Origin: a virus
Taxonomy: Duplodnaviria > Heunggongvirae > Uroviricota > Caudoviricetes
Virus record (IMG/VR): IMGVR_UViG_3300033233_000007
Length of the DNA: 64,000 nt
Direction: 5' to 3' (one strand)
How positions within the stretch are numbered: position 1 is the stretch's first letter; each line of letters starts with the position of its first letter. The position numbers and the translations under genes are program-made. This document shows, piece after piece, positions 53,996 through 63,655 of this stretch. The notes under the pieces are model-generated. The model worked only from the letters and a program-made list of their open reading frames with translations, searched no databases and was not told the DNA's origin.

Positions 53996-54829
53996 ATGGC
54001 CAAGAAGCGCGACAACCGCGAACTCACGGACTACCGCCCGCCCGATGAGATGGCGCTGGTGAGGCTTCTCGACGTGAAGTTCCCGGCGCCGGCATGGGCC
54101 TTCCTTCCGTTCGTCCGAAGCGCCACGGGCTATGGGCGAACGATCAGAACCGCCGACGGCGTGGCTATGAGCCTGTGGCCGTCGCGGGGGCTGGAGCTTT
54201 TGGGTTTTGAGATCAAGGTGAGCCGCGGCGACTGGCTTCAGGAGCTTAAGAACCCGGAGAAAGCCGACGCGATCTTCGGTTTCTGTCACAGGTGGTACAT
54301 CGTCGCTGGAGACGACACGATTATGGACAAGGCTGAACTGCCGTCGACGTGGGGGCTCATGGTCAAGAAAGGCAGGGGGCTGAGGACCGTGACGGAGGCG
54401 CCGAAGCTTCAGCCCAAGGCCATCGACCTCTCGCTTCTGTGCGCGATCTTGCGGCGCGTGCAAGAGACGCAGGCGCCCAAAGCCGTGCTCAAGAAGGAGA
54501 GGGCAGAGGGTTACAGTGAAGGTGTCAAGAGCGGGGAGCAGTCCATGCAGTACAAATGCGACGGGTACCTCAAGGAGCTTAAGGCGCTCAGAGGAACTGC
54601 CGAGACGTTCGAGCGGGTTTGTGGCGTTGACCTGTCCCGCTACGATTGGAGTGGGTGGGCCCATGCGCAGAATATCAACATCGCCGAGGCCGTGAGGGTC
54701 GTCATGACGGGCCAGTACATGGACCACTTCAAGCGGCTTATGGCGCTCCGCGACAACTTCCAGGAGGCGGTGAAGGCGATCGACGCCGCCGTCGAGAAGG
54801 CGCAAAAGGCCGAGGAGGTGAAGGCGTAA
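53996..54829 (+). CDS. hypothetical protein, possibly a PD-(D/E)XK nuclease-like (MmcB-like) fold
   Basis: ORF with segment LLGFEIKVSRGDW. Confidence 0.35.
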   Translation: MAKKRDNRELTDYRPPDEMALVRLLDVKFPAPAWAFLPFVRSATGYGRTIRTADGVAMSLWPSRGLELLGFEIKVSRGDWLQELKNPEKADAIFGFCHRWYIVAGDDTIMDKAELPSTWGLMVKKGRGLRTVTEAPKLQPKAIDLSLLCAILRRVQETQAPKAVLKKERAEGYSEGVKSGEQSMQYKCDGYLKELKALRGTAETFERVCGVDLSRYDWSGWAHAQNINIAEAVRVVMTGQYMDHFKRLMALRDNFQEAVKAIDAAVEKAQKAEEVKA

Positions 54830-55164
54830 TGACTCCCGAAGAAAAACTCACGGCCTACAAGATGCTGATAGACGGCGCTGTCTGGATCGACCTTAACATG
54901 AGCGACACGTTCGCGTTCGCGACGACCGAGGGTGAGCGTATGGACGCCACAGATGTCGAAAAGATGCTCCCCCTCATCCTCAAGTACGGCCACAAAGCCC
55001 TGATCGCGTACGCCGCCGTCGTCCGTAAAGCGGAACCGATCCAATGCAAGTGCAATCACGCCGATGAATCGTATCACGCCGCCAAGCGCGAGATCGAGGA
55101 GATGCGTAAGGTCGATGAGTATTTCATGTTCGAGAGTCAATGTGACGAGAAGGAGGGCGCGTGA
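54829..55164 (+). CDS. hypothetical protein
   Basis: ORF with a TAATG overlap. Confidence 0.35.
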   Translation: MTPEEKLTAYKMLIDGAVWIDLNMSDTFAFATTEGERMDATDVEKMLPLILKYGHKALIAYAAVVRKAEPIQCKCNHADESYHAAKREIEEMRKVDEYFMFESQCDEKEGA

Positions 55165-55318
55165 AGCTGAAAAACGCTTTCTGGTGGGCCGTAGTTGACA
55201 GGAAGACGATCCTTGCCGTGTACGACCGGCGCCGCGCGGCGATTGACTCTTGCTACGGCACGCCATGGGCCGTCGCGCGCGTGAAGCTGACGCCGGTGGG
55301 AAAGGTAAAGGAGACGCG

Positions 55319-55522
55319 ATGACTTTCAAGCTGACTGCGGCTGAGCTTCAGGTGATTGTGGACACGCTGGCGCGATCCCGCGTCATTCAAGGTTGGAGCA
55401 GCAGTGTCATTGGGGGTTCGTTTGATGAGCAGACCAGAAAGCGAGTCCAAGATAAAATTGAAATTATTTTGAATTCCGTGTCCGTCGAGATCGTGGTTGA
55501 GCCGGAGGCAAAAATCAAATGA
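55319..55522 (+). CDS. hypothetical protein
   Basis: ORF. Confidence 0.3.
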   Translation: MTFKLTAAELQVIVDTLARSRVIQGWSSSVIGGSFDEQTRKRVQDKIEIILNSVSVEIVVEPEAKIK

Positions 55523-55986
55523 CCGACGTTGACGAACTCAAGGTTGGCGAAGAGTTGGATAAGCTCGTCGCCACGCGCGTCTTCGGTATGGTCCCGTGCA
55601 AAGCGTGGGAATGGGAGAATTTCGGGTCGGCTGGAGGCCCCGCGTTGGTGCTCAACAAATGTGAGCATTACGACAGTAAAACTGGGTGGCGCTTCAGCCG
55701 ACGGGAATGCTGGCCCGATGTCAAGCGGAGCAAGGGGATGGGCGGCTGGCTTGGCGGCCCCCCGACCTTCAGCGACAACATGACCATTGCTTGGGCGATT
55801 GTCGAAGAGATGGCGAAACGCGGCTTTGCGTGCAACATGTCGCTCAATTATCCTGACCATGTCGCCTGGGCCGGATTCGCGAAACCAAATTCAACGTCTG
55901 TTCCAGGCGTGGTTTCCGAGAGTATGCCGGAGGCGATTTGCAAGGCCGCGCTCAAGATTATCGAAATGGAGGCCTCGCATGTTTGA
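55519..55986 (+). CDS. hypothetical protein
   Basis: ORF with an ATGA overlap. Confidence 0.35.
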   Translation: MTDVDELKVGEELDKLVATRVFGMVPCKAWEWENFGSAGGPALVLNKCEHYDSKTGWRFSRRECWPDVKRSKGMGGWLGGPPTFSDNMTIAWAIVEEMAKRGFACNMSLNYPDHVAWAGFAKPNSTSVPGVVSESMPEAICKAALKIIEMEASHV

Positions 55987-56677
55987 GAACTTCACCGAAC
56001 GGACCCGCCGCGTCATGAACGTTGCGCGCCAGGAGGCCAGCCGGCTCAACCACGAGTTCATCGGCACCGAGCACATCCTGCTTGGCATCGTGCAGGAAGA
56101 CGGCGGCCTCGCGGCCAAGGTCTTCAAGAATCTCAATGTCGACACGTCGAAAGTAGTGAAGGAGATCGAACGGCTGGTCCAGCCGAACCTGGGCCCGAAT
56201 GTCACGCTCAGCTATCCGCCGTTCTCGCCGCGGGCCAAGCGCGTGCTGGCGCTTGCACAGGAGGAGGCGACGAAGTTGCATTGCGAGATCATTGGCACGG
56301 AACAACTGCTTTTGGGCCTGCTTGCGGAGGCTGAAGGCATTGCGGCGATGGTGCTTCAGAACCTCGGCGTGCGCCTCCAAGAAGTGCGTGAGATGGTCCT
56401 CGATCTGCTCAGCGCGGATGCGCGGGATTCGAAAGCCGAGACTAAATCCGTGAATGCGGCGGACGCCTCAAAACTTCAAGACAAGGACGGCAGGCCCCCG
56501 GCGTGGACGACCATGTTCGAAATCGTCGCGTGGTACATGAAGGCCCACGGTCCCATGGCCGCAGCGGACATCGTCGATGCCATCATGTGCAACAGTCGTG
56601 GTGTCTTGACCGACGCGGAGGTCACGGGGCTTCACATTTCGAGAGAAGCGATCCGAGCAAGGAAAAGCGTGGTATGA
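55979..56677 (+). CDS. standalone Clp N-terminal (Clp_N) double-repeat domain protein
   Basis: Two Clp_N repeats: RTRRVMNVARQEASRLNHEFIGTEHILLGIV and RAKRVLALAQEEATKLHCEIIGTEQLLLGLL. Confidence 0.6.
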   Translation: MFENFTERTRRVMNVARQEASRLNHEFIGTEHILLGIVQEDGGLAAKVFKNLNVDTSKVVKEIERLVQPNLGPNVTLSYPPFSPRAKRVLALAQEEATKLHCEIIGTEQLLLGLLAEAEGIAAMVLQNLGVRLQEVREMVLDLLSADARDSKAETKSVNAADASKLQDKDGRPPAWTTMFEIVAWYMKAHGPMAAADIVDAIMCNSRGVLTDAEVTGLHISREAIRARKSVV

Positions 56678-56925
56678 CGATGAAGCGTGTGAGAGAAGTC
56701 GATTTCGGGGGGAAGCATCGCGTCCTTGACGTGCTTCGAAAAGTCCAGAGGCATCTCTGCGCCTACAAGTCCGAGAAGTTCTGCGACTGCAAGTTCGGCG
56801 GTACGGAGATCGGGGGCCATCGCGAGCAGGGCAACGGATGCCCGGAAGTGCGCATGGCGATCTACTTCATCAAAAACGTCTCCTCAGCCGACTTCGCGCA
56901 CCTGATTCACAGGCAGGTGCGCTGA
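56674..56925 (+). CDS. hypothetical Cys-rich protein
   Basis: ORF with an ATGA overlap. Confidence 0.35.
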   Translation: MTMKRVREVDFGGKHRVLDVLRKVQRHLCAYKSEKFCDCKFGGTEIGGHREQGNGCPEVRMAIYFIKNVSSADFAHLIHRQVR

Positions 56926-57365
56926 TGCTCTGCCTGAACTGCGTAAACTCGATCAAGGGCCCGTCGCCCGTATGGGGGTACGTCGTTTTGAACATGAGCC
57001 GTTTGATTGTGAGTGCTGAGAAGGCGGCTTGCGCAGATACGATTCCGCAATCGGGCCTTTCGCATGAGGTCAGTGATGCTAGGATCATATGTGAGTACGA
57101 ACTTCTCATGTTCAGTATCCCGCCGATGCGCGTCGACCGCGCCTTACTGGACGAGGCTCTGCGGGAGGGCTGTGATCCGCTGCTCTGTCATGTGTGCGAA
57201 AATCCTGTCGTCGAAGGCGAGGTCTTCGGTGTCGCGCCCGTCCGCCAGCCGGCATCGGTGACACCACGAGGACTTGAGATCGGTGGGCTCTGTCATTGGC
57301 GGTGCCGTCGAAGTTTCGTTGTCGATCCCCCTTTGTGGAGACAGAAATATGGCCGAGACACGTAA
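56925..57365 (+). CDS. hypothetical Cys-rich protein
   Basis: ORF with a TGATG overlap. Confidence 0.35.
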   Translation: MLCLNCVNSIKGPSPVWGYVVLNMSRLIVSAEKAACADTIPQSGLSHEVSDARIICEYELLMFSIPPMRVDRALLDEALREGCDPLLCHVCENPVVEGEVFGVAPVRQPASVTPRGLEIGGLCHWRCRRSFVVDPPLWRQKYGRDT

Positions 57366-57624
57366 GACCGATCACGCTGAGGACCTCAAGGACAAGAGGG
57401 AGGAATTCAGGGCTCAGTTGGCGAAGATCGAAACCGAGTTTGAAGCGGCCAAGAGAAAGATCGGCGTTCTTGCGGGCGTCGCTCTCGAAATCGACAAGCA
57501 CACGGACTCATGTGAGAAGTGCGGCGGCCCGGCGAAAAAGGGCCGCGGGCCCTACATCGACGAAGGCGTGCTTCGGCTTCTGGCCAAGGCGTCCGAGGGC
57601 GATAAGTTCAAAGTGGTGATGTGA
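57349..57624 (+). CDS. hypothetical protein
   Basis: ORF. Confidence 0.35.
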   Translation: MAETRKTDHAEDLKDKREEFRAQLAKIETEFEAAKRKIGVLAGVALEIDKHTDSCEKCGGPAKKGRGPYIDEGVLRLLAKASEGDKFKVVM

Positions 57625-57902
57625 TGGGGACGATCTGGCATTACGTGGAGTGCGATAAGTGCGTCGGCGGCCCGCCGGTTAAGCCTGTGCACTGGACGGA
57701 AGAACATGACCTGCTGGAGACGCTTCAGAAGGCGTCCGAGGCTCGTGCTGTCGCGGAGGCGACGATCATGCGTGCCGAGACCGAGTATCGAAGGGTCCTG
57801 GACAAGCTCGATCGCCCGCGTACCGGCGTGCATGACGAATGCTCGTGCAAATGGTGCGTCGCCGTGGACGCGGAGTCGCGTAGATCGACGGAGATGACAT
57901 GA
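57621..57902 (+). CDS. hypothetical Cys-containing protein
   Basis: ORF with an ATGTGATG overlap. Confidence 0.35.
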   Translation: MMGTIWHYVECDKCVGGPPVKPVHWTEEHDLLETLQKASEARAVAEATIMRAETEYRRVLDKLDRPRTGVHDECSCKWCVAVDAESRRSTEMT

Positions 57903-58054
57903 ACGAGAACTGCGAAGGTTGCGACGAGGAGTGGACGTTGCACAAGCTCAGCACCTGCCCCGAATGCGACCGCAACCTCTGCCCCCGATGCTTCCGCGCC
58001 GACGACTATGACGAATGTTACGAATGCTGGCAGGAGAAAAAGGAGACGACATGA
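57899..58054 (+). CDS. zinc-finger mini-protein (51 aa)
   Basis: Protein MNENCEGCDEEW...CPECDRNLCPRC...CYECW. Confidence 0.35.
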   Translation: MNENCEGCDEEWTLHKLSTCPECDRNLCPRCFRADDYDECYECWQEKKETT

Positions 58055-58677
58055 CGACTTACAAACTTGCGGTAAAGCCGCATCACGATCCTCTGGTTAA
58101 GGAATGTCCAGACTGCGTCGATTGGCTTGGCGCCTGGGCCGAACAGGCGCAAGTCGAAGTCGAACGCCTCCGCGCCGAGTGCGAACGGCTGCTGTGCATC
58201 GAGGCGGTGTTGAGGGCGGCGCTGATCGATGTTGGCGTCGGTGAGAATTGTTGGTGCGGCTCTTGCGAGGATGACGACGAAGGAGATTCGATTGACGGTG
58301 AGCCCCATAGCGCGGCCTGTAGAAAAGCCCGCGCCGCCCTTGCCCCGCAGGACGTGCCCGCGAAGTTTCACGGTCACGGAGACCTGAGCCCGGAGGAATG
58401 GAAGAAGCGCACGCCCCCGCCACCGGGCGAACTCATATCGGACGGGACAGATAGTCCGATGCCAGAGCGTAAGACACGGGTGGCCAGGACGGTGCGATTC
58501 TACACCAAGCCCGAGACGGTGACGGTCAGTAAGCGAGAGTGGGAGGCGATGACGGTTTTGTTGTCGGCAGCACAACGAGTCATCAACGGGCAGCCGGGCG
58601 CGGCTATCGACGCCGCCGAAGCCCGCCGCGCTGCCCGCGCTTCCCTCGCGGACCCCAAGAACGAGAAGGCCCCGTGA
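58051..58677 (+). CDS. hypothetical protein
   Basis: ORF with an ATGA overlap. Confidence 0.4.
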   Translation: MTTYKLAVKPHHDPLVKECPDCVDWLGAWAEQAQVEVERLRAECERLLCIEAVLRAALIDVGVGENCWCGSCEDDDEGDSIDGEPHSAACRKARAALAPQDVPAKFHGHGDLSPEEWKKRTPPPPGELISDGTDSPMPERKTRVARTVRFYTKPETVTVSKREWEAMTVLLSAAQRVINGQPGAAIDAAEARRAARASLADPKNEKAP

Positions 58678-58847
58678 TGAAAAAGTCGCGCTATGTGGTT
58701 CGCAGGAGTCGCTTCTCTGTCTTTTGCGGAGGCAATTGCTACCGAAAAGTGTGGAACGTCACAAATTCTTATGGCGACGTGGTGTATCATCCCTCCACGC
58801 GACAGATGGCCCGTGAGTGGATCAAACAGATGGAGGTCCCGAGATGA
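58676..58847 (+). CDS. hypothetical small protein
   Basis: ORF. Confidence 0.3.
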
Positions 58848-59095
58848 AAACTGACGAGCGGGATTGGATGTGTACACGGGGTTGCGGTGGCGTAAACAAC
58901 TGGCATCATCAATACTGCGGCGAATGCGGGTCCTCGCGAACGCCGGATCATAGTGAGCCCATGCCCGACCTCATTGTTTCCGCTCGCCTCACTGCGCTGG
59001 AAGAACTCATAGAGGATGCGAGAGCGGCCGTAATTTGTGGTCTGTACGTTTCGAAAAGTCATGCGCGCGATGCGGCAAAGAACCGAAGTGGGTGA
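58844..59095 (+). CDS. hypothetical zinc-finger protein
   Basis: ORF with an ATGA overlap. Confidence 0.35.
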   Translation: MKTDERDWMCTRGCGGVNNWHHQYCGECGSSRTPDHSEPMPDLIVSARLTALEELIEDARAAVICGLYVSKSHARDAAKNRSG

Positions 59096-59114
59096 AAGCC
59101 GTAAGGAGCCGTAG

Positions 59115-59312
59115 ATGACGACCCGACAGCAAGAGACGATTATGATGCTGCGAAATGAGTTGCTGACGTTCCACGAGTTGGAGACGGCTACGTCAGCGCT
59201 GCTGGCTGTTGCGTGGCGGCAAGAATGCAGATGCAAGTTCATGGACGTGTACGCTAAGTTGCGGGACGCGCTGGATCGCGTTGAAGCGGCGCGGAAAAGG
59301 GCGGGGGAGTAG
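59115..59312 (+). CDS. hypothetical protein
   Basis: ORF. Confidence 0.3.
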   Translation: MTTRQQETIMMLRNELLTFHELETATSALLAVAWRQECRCKFMDVYAKLRDALDRVEAARKRAGE

Positions 59313-59313
59313 G

Positions 59314-59529
59314 ATGGCCGGACGTTTTGGAAGCGAGAATCCTCGGCGAGTCGTCGCGTACACGTCCTGCCCGGATTGCACCTGCTGGTCGCTGGGCCTT
59401 CAAGCCAACGGCCGCATCGTCCGCCACTCCGTAAGCTTCGGTTCAGTCGAAAAGGTCGGGCCCGGTACACGGCACCCGCAGTGGAGGAGTACGATTTGCT
59501 CCGGTAGTGGGAAGAAGCAGGAGCCGTAG
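59314..59529 (+). CDS. hypothetical Cys-containing protein
   Basis: ORF. Confidence 0.3.
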   Translation: MAGRFGSENPRRVVAYTSCPDCTCWSLGLQANGRIVRHSVSFGSVEKVGPGTRHPQWRSTICSGSGKKQEP

Positions 59530-59708
59530 ATGAGCGAGGTCAAACGGCGCCTGTTCATGTGGTCCATCCGAAACGCGGGAGCGTGTCGGATGGTAAAATG
59601 GGTCGTGAACACTCTCGTTTGGTTTGGCGTCACGATCCCGGATCAAGTCTGGGTCGGGAGGTGCTCTAACGGCATGGAATACGGCTACGTTTTCGTAGGA
59701 CATAGATG
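59529..59708 (+). CDS. hypothetical membrane mini-protein
   Basis: ORF. Confidence 0.3.
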
Positions 59709-59888
59709 AAGTGCGATTGTTGCGAGCGCGTCGCCGTGTCCGTCCTGGCTCGCTTGGACCTTCCCAAGCTGAAGGACTGGAACGTCTCGGGCCGCTGTTG
59801 CAATCAATGTGACGTGCGGGAGAATGAGGACTCGTGGACGGTCTGGTGCCTCGTGCACAAGAAGGTGCTGTATCAAAACGGGGAATAG
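59706..59888 (+). CDS. hypothetical Cys-rich mini-protein
   Basis: ORF. Confidence 0.3.
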   Translation: MKCDCCERVAVSVLARLDLPKLKDWNVSGRCCNQCDVRENEDSWTVWCLVHKKVLYQNGE

Positions 59889-60113
59889 ATGACTACGACA
59901 ATTCAATGCGCGCGATGCGGTTACTGGCTGGATGAGAGCACAACGGTCTTGCGCCTGGTTAATTATCTTCGTTGCGGTCCCGGCGAAGAGTTCCATGGCG
60001 TCATGGCGTATCGGTGCGTTTGTCCCGACCGCAGCGACTGCAACCGCCGCTGCGATGTTGGCATGCGGGCCAAGGGCGAGTTGCCGAAGAACGTGAGCGT
60101 GGACTATGACTAA
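59889..60113 (+). CDS. hypothetical Cys-rich protein
   Basis: ORF. Confidence 0.3.
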   Translation: MTTTIQCARCGYWLDESTTVLRLVNYLRCGPGEEFHGVMAYRCVCPDRSDCNRRCDVGMRAKGELPKNVSVDYD

Positions 60114-60279
60114 CGTCTACGATCTGACCTACCTGAGCCTCGGCGCCGGCCGCGGCCCGGCGTCAAAGGCGAGGTGTTCCTTCATAAATCGATGATCCCC
60201 CTCAAAGAGGTTGCCTTTGCGCCGAAGCCGAAGCCCGACGGATTCGGAAACGAGTGCGAAGGCATTTGCGGAGTTTGAG

Positions 60280-60618
60280 ATGAAAATTCTTACGATCTGA
60301 GCGGCCGGCAACGTCCGGTCCGTGGGACTGGCGTACATCTTCAAGCAGTTGTTCAGTCACGAGTCCATACCGATCGGCGCGGAGACGACCTCAGACGACA
60401 CGCGTGAGCTTCTGAGCGGGTGGGCCGACAAGATCGTCGTCCTGCGGCCGCACTACGTCGAGGCCGTGCCGCCGGCCCACAGGCACAAGGTCTTGGTGTA
60501 CGACGTTGGCGAGGACATCTGGCTCAATCCGTACCATCAGAATCTCCAGCATGAACTAATGAAGCTGATCCGCAAGGACGGTTTCTTTTTGCGTGAGGAC
60601 AAGCATGTCGATGTCTGA
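60280..60618 (+). pseudogene. CX5R(S) phosphatase-like ORF (LMW-PTP/ArsC-like signature) with an in-frame TGA exactly at the catalytic Cys position
   Basis: ATG at 60280 with a GGAG RBS. Reads MKILTI-TGA-AAGNVRSVGLAYIF..., which matches C-x-A-G-x-x-R-S if the TGA is translated. Confidence 0.35.
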
Positions 60619-61651
60619 TCCCCGCATCAGTACGACAGAGATCGAGCGTTGGCGCGTCATAAACGCGAATTGCATTGACGCGCTTAAGACGCTACCGCGC
60701 CAGAGCGTGGACGCCGTAGTGACGGACCCTCCTTACGAGTTTCATCTGATGGGCAAAGACTGGGACCAGTCTGGCGTTTCCTTCAACCCGGAGACGTGGA
60801 AGGCCGCGCTTCGCGTGCTGAAGCCGGGCGCGCACATGCTGGTGTTCGGAGGCACGCGGACGTTTCACAGGATCGCGTGTGCCGTCGAAGACGCCCGGTT
60901 CGAACTGCGTGACACACTTTGCTGGCTGTACGCGCAGGGTTATCCGAAATCGCTGGCCGCGCTCAAGCCCGCTTGGGAGCCGATCATCGTGGCCCGAAAG
61001 CCTCTGAGCGAGAAGACCGTGACGGCGAACATTCTCAAGCACGGCACGGGCGGGCTCAACATCGACGCCTGTCGTATCGGCCGCAACGCCGGCGACCGAT
61101 ACGAATACGGCGTCAACGGAGATGAGCCGAGCGCGCCGACGAAGAACGTCTACGGAGAGCGCGGTCGCAAGGGGTACGAAGCGCACGCGATCGGGCGATG
61201 GCCTGCGAATCTCGTTTTGGACGAGGAGGCCGCCCGTCTCGTCGACGAGCAAGCGGGCGACCGGCCTGCCGGCGGCCACCCCAGGCGACGTGGCCCGGAC
61301 GGTCAGCGAAACACCTACGGCCGCTTTAACGGCGGGGCGAACAGGCGCATCGGCGTCCAGAACACGACGGGCGGTGCGTCCCGCTTTTTCTATGTGGCTA
61401 AGGCCAGTAAGTCCGATCGCGGTAGCAGCAACGATCATCCCGCGGTAAAACCGACGGCGCTCATGATGTGGCTCTGCACGCTCGTGACAGCGCCGGGTGG
61501 CTTGGTCCTGGACCCGTTCGCGGGTTCGGGAACCACGGGCGTGGCCTGCATCAGTACCGGCCACAGATTTATCGGCATCGAGATCGATCCTGGTTACTGT
61601 AGAATCGCCCGTCGCAGAATCGCCGAGGCCATTCGAAACAAGGAGGCGTAG
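60605..61651 (+). CDS. DNA methyltransferase (beta-class N6-adenine/N4-cytosine, DPPY)
   Basis: Motif IV VTDPPY, then motif I LDPFAGSGTTG. Confidence 0.8.
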   Translation: MSMSDPRISTTEIERWRVINANCIDALKTLPRQSVDAVVTDPPYEFHLMGKDWDQSGVSFNPETWKAALRVLKPGAHMLVFGGTRTFHRIACAVEDARFELRDTLCWLYAQGYPKSLAALKPAWEPIIVARKPLSEKTVTANILKHGTGGLNIDACRIGRNAGDRYEYGVNGDEPSAPTKNVYGERGRKGYEAHAIGRWPANLVLDEEAARLVDEQAGDRPAGGHPRRRGPDGQRNTYGRFNGGANRRIGVQNTTGGASRFFYVAKASKSDRGSSNDHPAVKPTALMMWLCTLVTAPGGLVLDPFAGSGTTGVACISTGHRFIGIEIDPGYCRIARRRIAEAIRNKEA

Positions 61652-61779
61652 ATGGACCGCAACGAATCGCTTTACAACTGGGCTCTTCGGGAGCCGATGG
61701 CGCTTTTGGTGCCGTCGTGGCAAGGCGGCGTAAACTACCGTCGCCTGAAGGCAATGGTTTCTGCGCGGAAGACTTTATG
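61651..61779 (+). CDS. hypothetical mini-protein
   Basis: ORF. Confidence 0.25.
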
Positions 61780-61923
61780 AGATGGATCGGCGATCAATGG
61801 CGCACCCTCCCGCGCCCGCGCCTGATGTGGGCGATTGCGAACGTCGCTGCCATCGCGCTCGCGTTTCCCTTGATAGTGTTCATGGTCGTCTGTGAGCGTC
61901 TGATTCCGGCGAGGAAACCGTAA
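61776..61923 (+). CDS. hypothetical TM mini-protein
   Basis: ORF with an ATGA overlap. Confidence 0.3.
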
Positions 61924-62474
61924 TGTGCGACCTCTGCTTCGTCCGTGAATCGATCGTACAACCGGACGGCGTCCAATGCGCCGAAGGTTGGCGCGTTCAA
62001 ACTGTTCCGGTCGAGAGCTACTTCGGGCCCGGTTACGTTCGCGTAAGACCGGAGGAGGGATTTTTCCCACCGCGTTGGCTCAGGTGCAAGAACGTGGCAA
62101 GTATCAGCGATAAGGTGTTGACTCACGCGTTTCTCGGTCGCTCGACGGGGCGCGGAGGCGAAAAGTGGTGTGAGCGCGCTTACAATCTGCTCATCGGCGG
62201 ACGTGGCGTGAAGATACGCGGTGATTCGAGGCTCTTATGTTACGCCGACGTCAATCTTCACGACGGGGAACGCCGGCTCAGTCTTCAGGGTCTGAACCTC
62301 AAGCATATCTGCGCCGCGCCAAAGCGATGGAACACGCCTATATTTGACGCGTCCGAAGATATTGTGAAAGAATTCAGAGAAGCGCCTATGAATCGCTGGC
62401 GATGCTGGGTCTGCGAGTTCGAGTGGACTTGGGTCGATCTCGAAAAGGTCGATTGGAGAGACCTTCTGTCATGA
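61923..62474 (+). CDS. hypothetical Cys-containing protein
   Basis: ORF with a TAATG overlap. Confidence 0.4.
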   Translation: MCDLCFVRESIVQPDGVQCAEGWRVQTVPVESYFGPGYVRVRPEEGFFPPRWLRCKNVASISDKVLTHAFLGRSTGRGGEKWCERAYNLLIGGRGVKIRGDSRLLCYADVNLHDGERRLSLQGLNLKHICAAPKRWNTPIFDASEDIVKEFREAPMNRWRCWVCEFEWTWVDLEKVDWRDLLS

Positions 62475-63124
62475 GCGTCGCCAGCCGCAGGAAATGGCTC
62501 ATCGCCGCCGTTCGTCGCAACGACGTCGCGGCGATCGTCCAGCGCTCGCGTGAGCCCGATTCGCCGGTCGTACTAACGCTAAACGCCGCCGAAATTCTTC
62601 TCAAACAGTTCGCGTGCGCGATGCCCGAGCTTTCGGACCTCAAGACCGAAGCCACAGCTTGGCTTCTGGAGCGCAACTATTTTACCCCCGCGAACGAGTA
62701 CGAAATGCACAAGAGATCGGAGTCAGCGAGGATGTCAATAGCGATCACGGTCGAGCGCGAAAAGCGCGGTTACAAAAACTTCCTGCCGTTTGAAGCGCTC
62801 GACGTCGCTGATGCCGTGCGCCGTCTCGCCAAAGCGTGGGAGACGTCCGGTCGAGGCCCTACCCGCACGGACGAAGACGCCCTGAAGCCGATACCGATGG
62901 CGCGTGTAGGCGTGTACGGGATCGGCTATTCCGTGGAGGAGTTTCCCGAAGGGCCCATGGGCGTTCATGTCTCCGTATGTCGCGTCGATCAACGCAAGAT
63001 CGAGGGCGCCGAACTTACGGGGCTGAAGAACGAGATCGGTTCGGTGCTGGGCGGCGCCGTCACGGCGTACTCGATGCCGTCCGTGAATCCCGCCGTGACG
63101 CATCTTTTTGTTGAGCAAGCATAG
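62471..63124 (+). CDS. hypothetical protein
   Basis: ORF with an ATGA overlap. Confidence 0.4.
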   Translation: MSVASRRKWLIAAVRRNDVAAIVQRSREPDSPVVLTLNAAEILLKQFACAMPELSDLKTEATAWLLERNYFTPANEYEMHKRSESARMSIAITVEREKRGYKNFLPFEALDVADAVRRLAKAWETSGRGPTRTDEDALKPIPMARVGVYGIGYSVEEFPEGPMGVHVSVCRVDQRKIEGAELTGLKNEIGSVLGGAVTAYSMPSVNPAVTHLFVEQA

Positions 63125-63412
63125 GTGGCCAAGAAACTCAACCTCATAGTTTTTCGAACCGCACGGGAGTGGACAACCGGCCTGATCGGCATGAAGCCGA
63201 TCCTTGGAAACACCGTCTTCGTCTTCCCGCACGTCGCGCCCGGCACGGTCTTCCACAGCCGCGGCGTTCTGGAGCCGTTCGACCTCGCGTTCGTCGACGG
63301 CCGCCGACGCGTTCTGTCCGCCAGGCGCATGACGCCCGAGCGTGACGTGATGATCGCGCCGGCGAGGACGGTAGAGGCGTGGGAGTCGAAGGCGGGGGTG
63401 TTGATCGGTTGA
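63125..63412 (+). CDS. DUF192-family protein
   Basis: Segments GLIGMKPILGNTVFVFPH and PFDLAFVDGRRRV. Confidence 0.45.
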   Translation: MAKKLNLIVFRTAREWTTGLIGMKPILGNTVFVFPHVAPGTVFHSRGVLEPFDLAFVDGRRRVLSARRMTPERDVMIAPARTVEAWESKAGVLIG

Positions 63413-63424
63413 AAAGGGTTTAAG

Positions 63425-63655
63425 ATGACGGATTTCGTGTACGACATTCCAGTTAATCTGCCGATTCCGGTCGATCCACCGTGCCCGAAGTGCGGCAAGC
63501 CCACGAGGTCGTTCCGCGGGTTCATTGTCGTAACCGATCACTACTGTGCGGAGTGCCGCATGTTATGGTTGACCGACTTCCAGACAGAAGGCCATCCTCT
63601 TATCTCGTCGGACGAGTGGTGGAAGAGGCGCGGAAAGAGGCCCCCTGATGCCTGA
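63425..63655 (+). CDS. hypothetical zinc-ribbon protein
   Basis: ORF with CPKCG...CAEC. Confidence 0.35.
   Translation: MTDFVYDIPVNLPIPVDPPCPKCGKPTRSFRGFIVVTDHYCAECRMLWLTDFQTEGHPLISSDEWWKRRGKRPPDA

Noticed and set aside
60298-60345. Bacterial SECIS element downstream of the in-frame TGA
   Set aside because: Only a weak 5-bp hairpin starting 3 nt after the UGA. It has no fdhF-type apical loop at the canonical distance. The selenocysteine reading is therefore kept only as one of several options.
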